This document shows positions 35,230 to 49,992 of a DNA stretch of 64,000 nt, one piece after another (the stretch's first letter is position 1; the number at the start of each line of letters is the position of its first letter). The notes beneath the pieces were generated by a model. That model saw nothing but the letters and a program-made list of their open reading frames with translations. It did not search any database and was not told where the DNA came from. Source of the stretch: Macrostomum lignano. Lineage: Eukaryota. The stretch lies in NCBI GenBank assembly GCA_002269645.1, contig NIVC01003140.1, forward strand, positions 53,528-117,527, given 5' to 3'. The position numbers and the translations under genes were made by a program.

Positions 35230-36140
35230 TATTTTAGTCAACCAATAACACGACCGAAAAGTCGGACATGTTATTTTTAGCAACCAACCAATCACGTGTG
35301 CCCTACAATTGTCAGTACAAACCCCATCTGCGATTCATCATTGGTCACGTGCAACCTACATTTGTCAGTTCAAACCCCACCTACGATTCATCATTCGGCT
35401 TGTACCCGGATGAACCAATCAAAGTATCTAAAAATAGCTCACCTACGGTAACCAATCATGCGCGCTTACACTAGACTAGTTGCTTAACTCTACCCTGACA
35501 TGCTTGACAGCCAACGAATCGTGACCCTTTGACATTTACGAAAAAGGTGATGAACGACCTCCCGAGGGGTCTGTTTCTCTATAAATACAAGCGGTCCAAA
35601 GCGGACCCGGAGCCAACTCCCGACGATAGGAGAAGCTCCGAAGAGGAAGCCTTAGGAGGACTTCCTGGTCACCAAGTCAATCGAGACTCGGTCGAGTTAT
35701 TGCGGTAAGCCTTTCTCATTTGCGCCAGTTGTTGTTGAGTCGACTCACTATTGTTATAGTGTTAGAGTCTGTTGAGACTCTTGAGTCCATTTGAGACTCC
35801 ATTGACAGTAGTCGTCCGAATGACTACCCTACTAGATCTTAGAGGATCTATTAGAGATTACCGGAGCATTACCTAGAGTGCATAGAGGCACTACTAGAAG
35901 GAGAAGGCTAAGGAGAAACCGCTGTTCGGCGCAGGGTACCCATTGTTGATACGAGGCCTCTGATTGGTCCTGACTGCAGATAACGGCCGGAAGGAGCTTC
36001 ATCGGAAGTCCAAGAAGAACCAGGACCAGAACCAAAGAAGAGACAAGGCGCCTGATCTACGGATCATCTAAGACCAGAACTACTGGTGACTAGACCTACC
36101 GCAAGATCTAAGAAGAGTACTCAACTGAGGATACAAATAA
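35230..36140 (+). mobile_element. Possible solo-LTR-like sequence
   Basis: Several ccaat boxes, ctataaata at about 35580, a gtaagc donor and aataaa at about 36136. No paired LTR or TSD found. Confidence 0.25.
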
Positions 36141-37199
36141 AGGTAAGTGATACCTTTATCTGATAACTGGGTTGCCTAGCTACAGAGCTAGAAGTGATTG
36201 TTCCTTGAGTACAGAGAAAGTCTGGTAATAAGGAACACATCAGTTCTCCCGCTTCTCTTGAGCTGATGAGGCTCGATTCGCCTTGAGTTCGGCTGCCCTT
36301 CTTGCATTCCAACCGTCCAGGGACTCCTGCCTCATACGCTGCCTGCTAGCATCGCTCGAGTCCTCATCTTTGAGCGGCTTCGATGCTTGCCTCGATGACG
36401 AGATTCTCGACGTCGCCGCCCTTCTTTCACTGAGTCATCTGAAGTTACGTTTAGTCTCTGAAGTGAAAGACGCGAAAAAAACTACATGACTAATAAGATC
36501 GATGCATTAAATATGAGACTCCATAGCCTAAACACGTAGTAACACCGCTGAGGCTTTCGCTGCCAAAACTGCTCGATGCGCTGATGATCGAACTGCGCTC
36601 TCTTTGACGCCAGTGGCTGGGACCGCCGCAGTGAGCCTTGCAGCACGGGCACACGGCTGTTTCTGTCGAATCCAACGTCGAAGCACTGAACTCAGAGTTG
36701 ATTTGGCACCGCAGATATCCTCTCCAAAGCTGACAGGATGGCATCAGTAGGCTGCATAATTGGTGGGTGAACTCGAAATTGCTCATGTCGATGTCGGTTT
36801 GAAACGCAAGAACTTCATTAAACTATTGCCGCCCGTAATATGCCTTTCTCCCTTGCTATTCATATTTTTCTATTTTAAATAATGCATGCTTCCATTGACA
36901 ACTCTTGTTGGACAGAAGGGTTATGCGCGATGTGCACGCATTATAGACACTGATGAAGCATATATTCGGTCTTTATAGCGTTCTGCAATCCCGCACTAGC
37001 TAACTCAAACACAGCGGGGCCAATTATGCAGTTATGCTGCTTCAGTGTTAAGGCATAGTGTGATGGATATGTGTGAATGCAGTATACATAGCAGTATATT
37101 TTGTATGCCAAAAGCCGGTCAAATTCCTACCAGAGAAGCATTTTTTCGCTTTTATTAAAATTGTAGATTCATATATTAATTTTTTTGTGGCGTCTTGGC

Positions 37200-37400
37200 A
37201 TTTCTTAGTTGAGCAATCCACTCTGGCTAAAAGACGACACCGGCGCAGGGTAAGCGCTGAGGGGCGGAGCTCCAGCGCAGGATATCAGAGCGTTAGTCGG
37301 CGGGCGTTCCGGGTAGTGCATGGCCAGCGCGTAGCGCAGCAACGATCGGTAGAGCGCGTCCATGCCTCGCTCTCGCGTCTGGGTCAGCGGCACAGCGGCG
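37200..37400 (-). mobile_element. Decayed RTE-like fragment related to the 18811-20082 family
   Basis: MDALYRSLLRYALAMHYPERPPTNAL vs LDAAYRSLLRFALGIHYPERLPTDQL. Confidence 0.75.
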
Positions 37401-38832
37401 AGTTGAGTGCCTCATCTAAGAAATTTAAGACTCTGGTTGTGACCAGGGGCAGAGTAGCACGGTCCGACTCTCGCGCCAAAGGCTCCGGGACGATTGCGTA
37501 CGCTGCGAAAAAGGTTTTTTTGCTTCCTCAAAGAAACTAATGCTAGACGATCGAGTAATAAATTTTGCTTATATTTCCACTGAAGTCATTCGTACAGTAT
37601 ACATAAAAGGCTATAAAACATTAGTGTAAAAATCGCCAGAACAAGTAATAATTGTCGAACAAGTTTTGACATGATAAACGAGAGTAGCGCAACAAAGACC
37701 AACAAGCAACGATAACACCAAGTAGCAGTCATACGCACAACGGCAAGGTAAGTCACAATGTAACAAATAGTTTGGATTAATTTTGATTGGCATTGTGGCA
37801 CTCACAACGTCTATACAAGGATTATAAAGAATGAGTAATTTAAGTCTACAAATACATTTAATTCAAATTCATTTGTAAGCTTTAAAACTTGCAGCGACTC
37901 TCCAGTGTGATTAGCCAAATCAGCCAAATCAGCTCGAACTTAAGTCGAATATTTGGATATCATACTCGCATGTGGTACAGCAGAAACTCAATTTCCAATA
38001 TGTCATCTACGTAGTGGAATGATACGGAGGTATTGCTGATACACGTGACGCACTGAAATGAAGAATAGAATCATGCATTGTCATTGTGAAAACTGCAGGA
38101 AAGAAATCTATACTGAATTCATTATCCAGTTACATCTACTGCTGACCTTCTCAAACGGATGATAGTTGTACTGCTTCATCCAGCTCATCACGTGCCTTGG
38201 ATTCACCATAGTCTCGGGTCGCAGAGGGTGAAAGCGCTCTCGCTTTTGTTCGTCCAAGCTGTGCCCAAACTTCACACCCAAAAGCTTCAAACAGCGACCT
38301 GGAATTATCGAAAATCCGGGTTAATTCTGCTTTAATTAATTAAGGCTGCACATTTATCAGATCTTAACTTGGCTGAATTTTCACTAGCTTAAGCCATTTT
38401 ATATGAAATTTTTATAGGTAGAGATGATGGAAGTCAAACTAATTCTAACATGTAATGATAGCCTTCTGCAAGCCAATCCAATTTACTCAGGAGCTCCGGC
38501 ACTATCCAAAAAACATTTGTCAAAACATTTTTATCAGTATAAAACCTTCATTGGTGAGCAATAAGTTAAAGAAAATGAACGGGAAGTCGGCTTTTACCCA
38601 TGAGATAGTCCTCAACAGAGATGTAGTCGATATTGCAGTAGTCTGTGACACCCGGAGCCCTTGTGCTGCCGAAGCCGGTGCCAACAAGAAGCTGCAGAGC
38701 CCGCCGGGACAATACGTAGCCCGCTCCGCCTGACATGTACTGCTGCCGCAAATCTCCTTGGTAGGCGAACCTGCGTCCAAAGATGGTCGCCTCATTGGGA
38801 TCGTGCCCGCTTAAGAAACTTCGCAGATTCTC

Positions 38833-39151
38833 TTCTTCTTCTTCTTCTTCTCGCTTTTTGTCGCCTTTCGGCATAGCTCACCGGGAGTCCCTTACTCCAG
38901 CTCTTACGCTTCGCATTGCCGATCTTGTCTCTCTCGCCTGCTCTCTCCGGTGATTCACGATGGTTTTGTTTAAAGAGGTCCCACGGTTCGTTATGCCGTG
39001 GTCACTCTGCCGGGTGCGGTTTTGCCCGCGGGACGTGGTTTTCAAATCACGGCCGCGGGCCTCACCGCCCCCCCGGTTCCTTATTTGCCAGACTGGCACG
39101 CCAGTCTGCCCGCTTGGCACCAATCGTGGAGGTTGGGAACCATCGCCAAGC
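38833..39151 (-). mobile_element. 319-bp retro-insertion (5'-truncated LINE end or SINE) with (GAA)n tail and 15-bp TSD inside the C1GALT1-like exon
   Basis: acttcgcagattctc at 38818-38832 and 39152-39166; the (ctt)n tract on the plus strand abuts the left copy. Confidence 0.88.
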
Positions 39152-39960
39152 ACTTCGCAGATTCTCCATGACGACGAAGGTGTCGTCATCTGCTTTTAGG
39201 AAGTAATCGAAGTCTTCAATATGCTCCTGGTCGTGCACCGCTTGAAATGCCATGCGCACTTTTTTCCAGAGAATTTGACGGCTCTCTCTGAGTGGAAGGA
39301 CTGGAAAATCGGAAAAATGCTGGATTTACTTCTCATCTTAACTCATCATATTTAGTGCGACAGTACAGCAGCTATTGAACAAGCACGCACGTATTAGCGG
39401 TATGCTTGTATTTGTGGACTGGCTGCCAATAAAGTAGTACTTGTTGCACCGCCTAGCCCATGTATTGTTCACTTGTACAGCAATGCTAGCATATTGCTTT
39501 GGGTGGGTGAGGATCATGCAGAATATTCTCGGATAGCCAAATCCGGTCCTCTGACTTGCCTGAGGAAGTGTGCGACCTGTAAAATAGAAGTAAAGTTTGC
39601 AGTTTCGGATTCAATATCACGAATATACGCTTTAATGATCGCGTGCAGCAAAGAGCTCACTTAGTCCAGGATCTTGCTACCCGTATATTGCCATGCTGAC
39701 AAGAAGCAGCTGTTGCTACATTTAATAGCTAGAGGAATAAGATGCATATATTTACATGCATAACTTGCAGAACTGACTAGAAAGCTGCTGCTTAATTTCC
39801 GGAGAGGAGAGCCAGCAAGCATTTTCGAGACATTTGCGAGCTGGAGCACTTCAGCAGGATACAATGCTATACTGATCGACAGGTAAATTTCCCTTCTTGT
39901 GGGAAAGCCCCGAAAAAGTGCTTGGTAGAGTCAATTTAGACTTCAAATTGAAAATTGCTG

Positions 39961-40490
39961 GGAGGGCGAGTGGTTTCAAACTAAAAGCCAGACAACTATA
40001 GCTGGGAGGGTGGTTGGATTCAAACTAAAAGCCAGACAACTATAGCTGGGAGGGCGGTTGGATTCAAACTAAAAGACAGACAAATAGCTAAGAGTAGGAG
40101 GGCGGTTGGATTCAAACTAAAAGCCAGACAACTATAGCTGGGAGGGCGGTTGGATTCAAACTAAAAGACAGACAAATAGCTAAGAGTAGGAGGGTGGTTG
40201 GATTCAAACTAAAAGACAGACAACTATAGCTGGGAGGGCGGTTGGATTCAAACTAAAAGACAGACAAATAGCTAAGAGTAGGAGGGCGGTTGGATTCAAA
40301 CTTAAAGCCAGACAACTATAGCTGGGAGGGCGATTGGATTCAAACTAAAAGACAGACAAATAGCTAAGAGTAGGAGGGCGGTTGGATTCAAACTAAAAGA
40401 CAGACAAATAGCTAAGAGTAGGAGGGCGGTTGGATTCAAACTAAAAGCCATACAAATAGCTAAGAGTAGGACGGCGGTTGGATTCAAACT
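39961..40490. repeat. Two-variant minisatellite (about 44 and 48 bp units) in C1GALT1-like intron 1
   Basis: Shared core ggagggcggttggattcaaactaaaa followed by gccagacaactatagctg or gacagacaaatagctaagagta. Confidence 0.9.
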
Positions 40491-41833
40491 AGTAGCCACA
40501 TCGATATCGATGCAGTTAAAGATTCGACAGTTTGATGACTACATGACTACCTTTTGGTGGCGAACTGCTGACCTTAGCGCTGCTGAGGGTATTAGGCTGA
40601 GAAAGTCTGGGCAAAATCAGCTGGCAAGTGCACAGGCCTGACAGAAGGCCTGCCACCCGGATGAGCGCAGGCTTCCACTGCATACGCATTTGTCGAGAGA
40701 ATTCACTGCAGTCACTTGAACAGGAGCCCAAATAGCATGGACACGCTGAATGCATGGCTTCTTATATCCTCAAGGTAAGATCCTGTAGGCTTCTAGAAAT
40801 CCTTCAACCTGTTTGTTGATCGGTGCTTCTGCATTTCGCCAGCTGTCGCATTTAAGCCGCGACGAGATTTTTATGATTCATGTGGGCGGAATATTATATA
40901 CTTCGTAGGAATAATAAAGCTCTGTAATTCGTTTATTAAATGCGGTTTATTAACTAGTAGCTTTGTACAGTAACTATAGCTCAAATCTTACACACACATG
41001 TACTGTTTATATTTACAATATCTGTATACAAAATGCCTAGCCAATCAATATTTTATTCAACAAGATATAATAAAAAGTGAAAATTAACCAGAAATCGGGA
41101 AAGATGAGAGATTTGTCAACTTATGCACAAAATCCTGAAGTTTTCAAGCATGTACTCAGCAACATTAAAAAGTCTCCACCTTATGCGCCTGTGAAAAATT
41201 TCTCTTGGACTATTCTGAAATAAAAGATACGAGAAAACTGATCTGGGTAGCTTTAATCCGTCCAACCCTCGCACACCGCTCCCCCCACTTTATTCCTCAG
41301 AATCGGCCTGGACCCCGGGCGCGTGGCCGAAATCTACGAAATCTACCGAAAGTAGCGCGAAATCTACCAGGCCTGAGAGCACACCGCGGCTCCAGTGCAA
41401 ATAGAATTACTACTGACCGGCCAGCCAGACACCCACCAACTGGCTTGGACTCTTTGGAGAGACTATATATAGAACTTTGTTTTTGGCAGTCAGATCTAAC
41501 CTTCTTTTCCGGGCCGCGCCGCTTTTCATCTTCCGGCCGTTCTACCACCAGCCGTAGAACCACTACAGGCGCTTAGAACTTAGGGCGCTTTAGTTCGAGT
41601 CCCTGACTATATCATTTTCCCGTGCCCGACCGCAGTAGCCTTGCCGGCGGAACATTCGCGGCGACCTCGTTTAAGTTTATTGCCGCGGCAAGCGCGGTCT
41701 GGATAGGAGCTCTCGGTTTGGACTCAGTACGCGACCTCGATCCCACGAGGACCCCGGTGTTTCACCGAAAGGTATACCTGGTAGGATTTGGCCAGGGATT
41801 CGCTGAACTGTCAAGCCGTGAGTGTCCTAGGCC

Positions 41834-43682
<1,849 letters not shown>

Positions 43683-46600
43683 GTCCTAGGCCAGAACTTA
43701 TAGAAGCTTCTGCGTTAGTCAATTCAGTCGATTCACGTGTTCCTTCCTGTTCTGGTTATTTTCATCTTTCTTTTTCCGCGTCTGTCTCATTAAGATCTGC
43801 TTGCCAATTGCGTTGAACTATTTACTTGTATTTTGCATTTAATTTGCGAACCGAATTTTCTAATCCTGAGTAAAATTTTATCGAGAGGCAAGTATACAAA
43901 TCCAAAGCCCATTTTAGCTCTTATTAATCAGCAGTTACTATCAGAATCGAGCTATCACTCAATCTAAATCTATCTGGACTTGTCTTATTCCGCGCTGTTC
44001 ATTTACTTGTACCGTACATGTACCTGCGACTATTGGAGAAAGTCTGGTAGGACTCGCCGACCGTCGATAGGCAAATAGGCATTAATAGTTTTTAAAACCT
44101 CCGATCGCGCTCCAATAGGTTTGTCTAGGGCCTAAACTACGAGTATTTGCCGTATCGCAATATTTTATTTAATTACACCAAGCTGCTGCATGATTTCATG
44201 TACATTTAGGAGTCCAGCAATGGCTAAAAGTGTTGCAATAGTGGCCGTATATAGTACGTACTATACACGGACGTATGTGCCGCAGTTCGATCCGCCGCTG
44301 AACAGGCATTCTCACTGATTAGCCCAGCTGTCCATCTGGTGTGAATGAGCCCATTTAACGGCCGTTTCTCTGCCACTCGCTGGGCCCGATGTCGCGGAGA
44401 GCGGCGCAATGCGCTGAACCTAACAAGGCGCAGTAATAAAACGAGTTCTTCACCACTATTGTGAACGCGCCGTCGACCCCGCTGCCAGACATGCAAACTG
44501 ACGCTGCCACTGGGGACGTCATTGCCGGAGGAGATCGAGTTTCAGCTTACAGCAGTAGTCAGCACAGTCGATGTTATGAAGCTCGCTGGGCAGTAAAGCG
44601 CTGGGTTCGGACGAGGCGCCCTAGCTATCGTATCATTACGCTTTCACTGTATGTCCAGTGTGAGGTTTCCAGAGTGATGAACCGCGAGCTTTTCGGTGAC
44701 AGGCACCCAACAAATGACCACTTTTTTCTATTCCTAGAAGCCGGGCAACAATTGTTGCAATAAAATAGTAGATAAAAATATATAATATATATAAAAGCAC
44801 CGTAAGGCAATTGTAGAGCAGAAGCATCTGGATCGTGTGCTCTCAACGCGGTGCTGTGCCCGTTCCTGTTTTCGTGGGAGTACGCCAACCGCGGAGATCG
44901 TGGCTCAGCGCGTGATTTTCTCCGCCGACGACGTTCTCGCCACTGTTGTCTTCAACCATCCAGGGGTACCCTTCAGCGACAGCTGGAAAAGCTCGTCTGG
45001 TGATCAACACGCAAAAAATGTCAAGCCCTGTAACCAGGACGACATTAAGGCTGCAATTGTGTGCCGAAGAAGTTATAAAAAGGATGCAGAGGCGATGGAG
45101 CTTTCGCAATGTCAGCCACGTCCGCGAGAATCGATCGGCACTGTGTCGCCGCTCGCTTGACGATGATCGACCAACTCACTCGAACAGAAAGTTGACGGGG
45201 CGCATATCGGTCTGCTGTACGCCGCTTTAAATTTTGTTAAGAGTAAATTAACAACGCAGCACCATGCTGCACTGTATCATCATCACCGTGCTGGCCTGAT
45301 CCTTCCAAGCAAACACGCTGTTGCGCCGTGAGCGATTACGTTAGCAGGCATCGCCGAGTCGACTCAGCCGGTGCTTGATGCTGATCCATTCTTTCTTAAC
45401 TGCTGTTTAATTGTTTTTGCTGTTGGACAGAAAAATCGTCGCCAATAACAACTGTTTCAATATTTTTTCGACAACTTGTTGATCATTTCTAAAAACACCG
45501 AAACAGCATCTCTTTTATCCTAATGTCTGTGGTTCGCGCCGTTGAAAGTAAAAGTATCTTTGAATAACATTGTAGGACACAAACCCGAAATAAGCGAAAA
45601 TTGATGGGAAAGGAATAACAGAAATTTGTTTATATGTATAACACAACAGAACACGAAGTATTGAAGAAAAATTATATTGTGTCTAAACTTATCTAATAAA
45701 ATAGACAGGACGACATTATAGACAAATTTCATTAAGACGCACAGTTGTTTTGTTTTCTTGAATTTTAAAATAAAGTTTAGTTTGTTTCAACAGTTAAAAA
45801 GCAGAACAAAATTTAAAACCGAGCGAAAATAGAAATTCCACTTAAATCATTTAATTCGCGCACCGCGCGTGTACCGTCCGTACCCACAGGCCACAGATAC
45901 CTGCAACACTGCTGATGCAGTCAACTGTAATTTGGTTGATTTTTTCAGCAAATTTTGGCTAGAATAGATCCTTTACAAGCTATCATAATTTTAATTTTAT
46001 GGGAAAACCTTAGGTTTAGTCACGTCAAGCTCAGTGTGTTCAAGTACATGCAGCATGCTATGCTATATACTAAATAGGCCTAAAATAAAGGCATTTCTTA
46101 GATTTTTTAAAATAATATTTTCTGGGTTGTGAAGGAAAGAAGTTGTGCATAATTCTCTAAATTTTGTTTGACTCCTGTCTACTATATAATGTTAGTTTTT
46201 TACTTTTTTCCTTAAGTTCAATATTAGAACAATGAAAGCCTAATTAAACTTAAAATTGCTAGCATGCAATCCCTATAAAAATGATTTTGGTATATAGATA
46301 TTACCAAATATTGTATTTGGTATACTTGTTATGGTTTTTTATAGTTTGATTCCCAAAATCAAGACTATATTATTGGCTTTTAAATATCTACTAAAAAACT
46401 TTTATTACCCTTATTAAAATGATTTTCATGTCAAAAATTTACAGAATGAATAATTAGAAGAATACAATTTTGTCTGTCTAGAAGACAATATTAATGCAAC
46501 TTTTACTTATAGCTTATTCAGTTGTCATTATTTTTAATTTTATGTAAATATATAAAAGTAGTTCAACTATCATTATATTTGACTATGGCCAACTGATAGC

Positions 46601-47321
46601 ATTTATAAAATATATCTAAATGTTTATATCTAAATAGGAATAGATCATTCATATTACCATTATGCATTATATATATATATCAAAGCATTAGCATTAGAAC
46701 ATAGAACATATATATATTACTAATAAAACAAACTTTAATATAATAGTATTAATACTTATTATATGTTTTGTGTTCTTTGACTTTAATTATGAAATCTATG
46801 TTTTAAGCATTGATATAGTTCTAAAAGTCAATTGACATCAATAAAAAATATCTCTTTGTCTCAAACATAAATGACCCAATGTTTATGTATTTATATTTAC
46901 TTAGCTTGTAAATTGTAATTTTTACTTAGTAATTTCTATTGTGTATAAATAGGGGACATTGATTATCAATAGCTAGAGCATAAAAACTATGTTGCATAAT
47001 TGTTTTAAAACTAGGGTACAAAAACACAAATAAGTAATATGCTATGCTGATTCATAACCTCAATTATAATTTCTAAACCTATTTTTACCCCTAATTATAC
47101 AAGGGTTTCATGATATGCTTTATTCAATATCAATGATAGGTTACTGCTATAATTATGCTTTCATGACCAAAAAAGCCTATAATATTTAGGAATATTATAC
47201 CATTGTTTTGAATAATGCACAATGTTGTGGGCTATAATAATCTATTTAGATCTATCGTATTTTTCATCATCACCTGTTCACATTTCATGAGAGGCTCAGG
47301 TGTTGCCAGGAGAAGGCAACA

Positions 47322-49992
47322 ATGGACAATGTAGTGAGCATTCCAGTCAGTTTATTCACATACTCGCGCTTCATCGAGTCCAAGCAGCAGCTGAACATGC
47401 CAGACTCCACTAATGATGAGTTCATGCTGATGCTGCTGGATCACATAACCAGCTGCGACATTCACATGAATGGCTCTGCGCAATCCCACAGTGGCGCCGC
47501 CTCAATGGCGTCCGGGACCGGCGCTGGCGCTGCGTCCGATGCGAAGCAGCCAGACGATGCGCCGGCATCCGAAGCGGCATCGACTGCAGCCCAGCAGACC
47601 GGTGCCATCGCCCTGGTGAGTCCCTTCAGTGGGAGTTCTGCTGTTGCCCCTCCGCCAGCCAAGCAAAACGAGGGCGCCGATGCTGGCAGCAACCTCACCT
47701 GCCAGATGTGCGGCTACACCTGCGCTGAAGAAAAAGATTTCAATTTGCACATTGCCAATCATATTAGCCAGCTGAGCTCCATCATGGCTGCGCAGACGCC
47801 GCAGCAGCCACAGTTGGATCAGCAGGCAGCGGCCAGGCCACCAGCACAGCAGTCTGCTCAGCCTGTCAGCGCATCCATGGTAGAGCGCAAATATCAGTGC
47901 AATATCTGCGGCGCCAGGTTTAAACAGCAGCGAATTCTCGAGCAGCACATTGACGGCATGCACTCCACTACTGGCAAATACGCCTGCGATTCCTGCGGCC
48001 AGACGTTTAAGTGGCCAGGAAAGTTCTATTCTCATAAGCGGGTCTGCAATGGCCAACAGCAACAGCAGCCTCCCCCGCCGCCGCCACCTTTGGCTGTATC
48101 AACTGGCTCAGTAGTTAACGGCCTTCCACCGCTGCACCGGTGTCAGAAGTGTGATACCTTGTTTGTTAGCTTGGCCAGCCTTGGCCAGCACGCTTGCGCC
48201 GGTTCAGCAGTGCCACCACAGCAGCAGCAACAGCAGCTGAATTTGCATCCCCATCGTCAGCAGCAACAGCAACAGTCCATTGTTCTTGTGCCACCAAGAG
48301 ATGCCGCTGATGCTACCTTGAAGCAACATCCTTGTCCTGAGTGCAGTAAGCGGTTCCGCACCAAGACTCTGCTTGACCAGCACATGCACTTGCACAGGCC
48401 GCCAGCTTATCAGTGCCGCTATTGCAGCAGGAAGTTTCGTTGGCCGCCTGTGTTTTATCAGCACCAGCGACAGTGCAAGCTGAACCCTAGTGTTGTTGCC
48501 GCCTCTGCCGCTGGCGGCAATGGCAACAGCCGATCCCATGGGAACAATAGTCGGCGCAAGTCTTATACGCCGGTGAAAGCCCCCGAGCCTGCTGCACCAA
48601 TGAGACCGCCAGTTTCCCTTTCTGCAGCGGCTGTCACGCCAGAATCCGAGTCAGCTGGTCTAAGCCTACTTCGTGACGCATCCAGCGACAACAGCACTGG
48701 CGGGGTTGTCAGCAATGCCGCCAATTACAGGTGAGCTTTTCTTCGGTTTCCTGCTGTTTGTCATGCACCTCACTAGCCAAGTGGGTTGAGCATAGTTGGT
48801 CGTGGTTGCAGGTCATTCTTACTGTGATAGGATAGCAGCTCTGAGCTGCGGTAGAAATGCAGGTTGAGAGTTGCCTACCGTGATAGGATAGCAGCTCTGA
48901 GCTGCGGTAGAAATGCAGGTTGAGAGTTGCCTACCGTGATAGGATAGCAGCTCTGAGCTGCAGTAGAAATGCAGGGTGAGAGTTGCCTACCGTGATAGGA
49001 TAGCAGCTCTGAGCTGCGGTAGAAATGCAGGTTGAGAGTTGCCTACCGTGATAGGATAGCAGCTCTGAGCTGCGGTAGAAATGCAGGTGAGAGTGGCCTT
49101 TCAGAACAGCCCGTTGATATGGTCACCTTGTCAGGCGAATGTGATCAGCTGCTGCTAGGAGCGGGTGCGCCTGCAGAAAGCCTGCGACTAGCACAGCGGC
49201 CGAGCCAGCAGCAGCTGGAGCAGCAGCAACACAGGCTCAGGTAGGCAGCATCGAAGCATCGCTCAGCCAGCTGGCCCCATCTGTCGCAGGCGTTATGTCC
49301 GCAGTGCAACAACACGTACAGTTCAAGACCTGCTACCATGCCTACAACTAAACCACCTTAGGTGCGCCTGCACTGCTGTGTTCGCCTCTGTGAAAGCCTA
49401 TCTAAATCATTGCGACTCTTGTCCTGAGCACAGCGGCCGAGGCCAGCAGCAGCTGGAGCAGCAGCAACAACAGGCTCAGGTAGGCAGCATCGTTGATGCA
49501 GCATCGCTCAGCCAGCTGGCCCCATCTGTCGCAGGCGGTTACACCTGTCCGCAGTGCAACAACACGTACAGTTCAAGACTGTCTCTCAAGCAGCATATTG
49601 AAGGCATGCACAGTATCGAGGCCAGGTACGAGTGCGACGGCTGTAGGAAGCGATTCCGTTGGGGAGCCTCCTACTATTGCCACAAGAAGACCTGCTCCGC
49701 CTACAAGGCTATGCAGGGCGCTGGCGGAGCCGACTCTCAGCATCTTCCTCTGCATCAGCTGCAGCCGCCCCCGCTGCAGTTCTCTCTAGTGCAGCAGTCT
49801 GCGGCCGCGCCTGCGGATGCCGAGCTCGACAACGGTGAGGACGATGATGAGGAGGAAGAAGAAGAAGACTACGACGATGAGGCGGCAGTGGTTGAAGACG
49901 CCGACATGGCCATCGACTTGACGGAGTCGGCGGAGCGGCGGCAGCGGCATCAGGTGGAGTTTGACGGCTCCTCGGCCGAGCTGCAGGCGTGA
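47322..49992 (+). CDS. Multi-zinc-finger, polyQ-rich transcription factor-like protein, 679 aa; exons 47322-48730 and 49362-49992
   Basis: Several C2H2 and C2HC fingers. The phase-2 donor (TACAG|gtgagc) joined to the ccttag acceptor rebuilds the finger YRCACTAVF...H...C. Total 2040 nt. The 5' start is uncertain. Confidence 0.85.
48820..49090. repeat. 56-bp intronic minisatellite, about 5 units
   Basis: Unit ctaccgtgataggatagcagctctgagctgcggtagaaatgcaggttgagagttgc. Confidence 0.9.
49162..49330 (+). pseudogene. Deletion-riddled intronic duplicate of the start of zinc-finger exon 2
   Basis: Blocks ggtgcgcctgca / gaaagcct / gcgact / agcacagcggccga... are colinear with 49361-49580. Confidence 0.8.

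Larger units (their letters stand above)
37960..40689 (-). pseudogene. C1GALT1: Core-1 beta-1,3-galactosyltransferase (C1GALT1-like, GT31). Exons 40551-40689, 39391-39576, 38598-39300 (interrupted), 38147-38298, 37960-38052; 312 aa if the insertion is removed
   Basis: N-terminal hydrophobic anchor, RIFCMILT, NTWARRCN, FLKADDDTFVVMENLR, FGRRF..YMSGGAGYVLS, EDYLMGRCL, FHP, SFHYV...EFLLYHMRV*. Phases are consistent (939 nt). The exact paralogue is uncertain. Confidence 0.85.

Noticed and set aside
37586-37801. Hydrophobic ORF as a signal anchor of another gene
   Set aside because: Short, with no downstream exon that I could link to it.
38833-39166. Insert in C1GALT1-like exon as an introner-type intron
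   Set aside because: No GT/AG register removes the 334 nt precisely, and the 3' end is purine-rich.
44461-45160. Possible decayed transposase or coding exons
   Set aside because: Only a vague MULE-like resemblance (NRELFGDRHP); no catalytic motifs or consistent splice structure.
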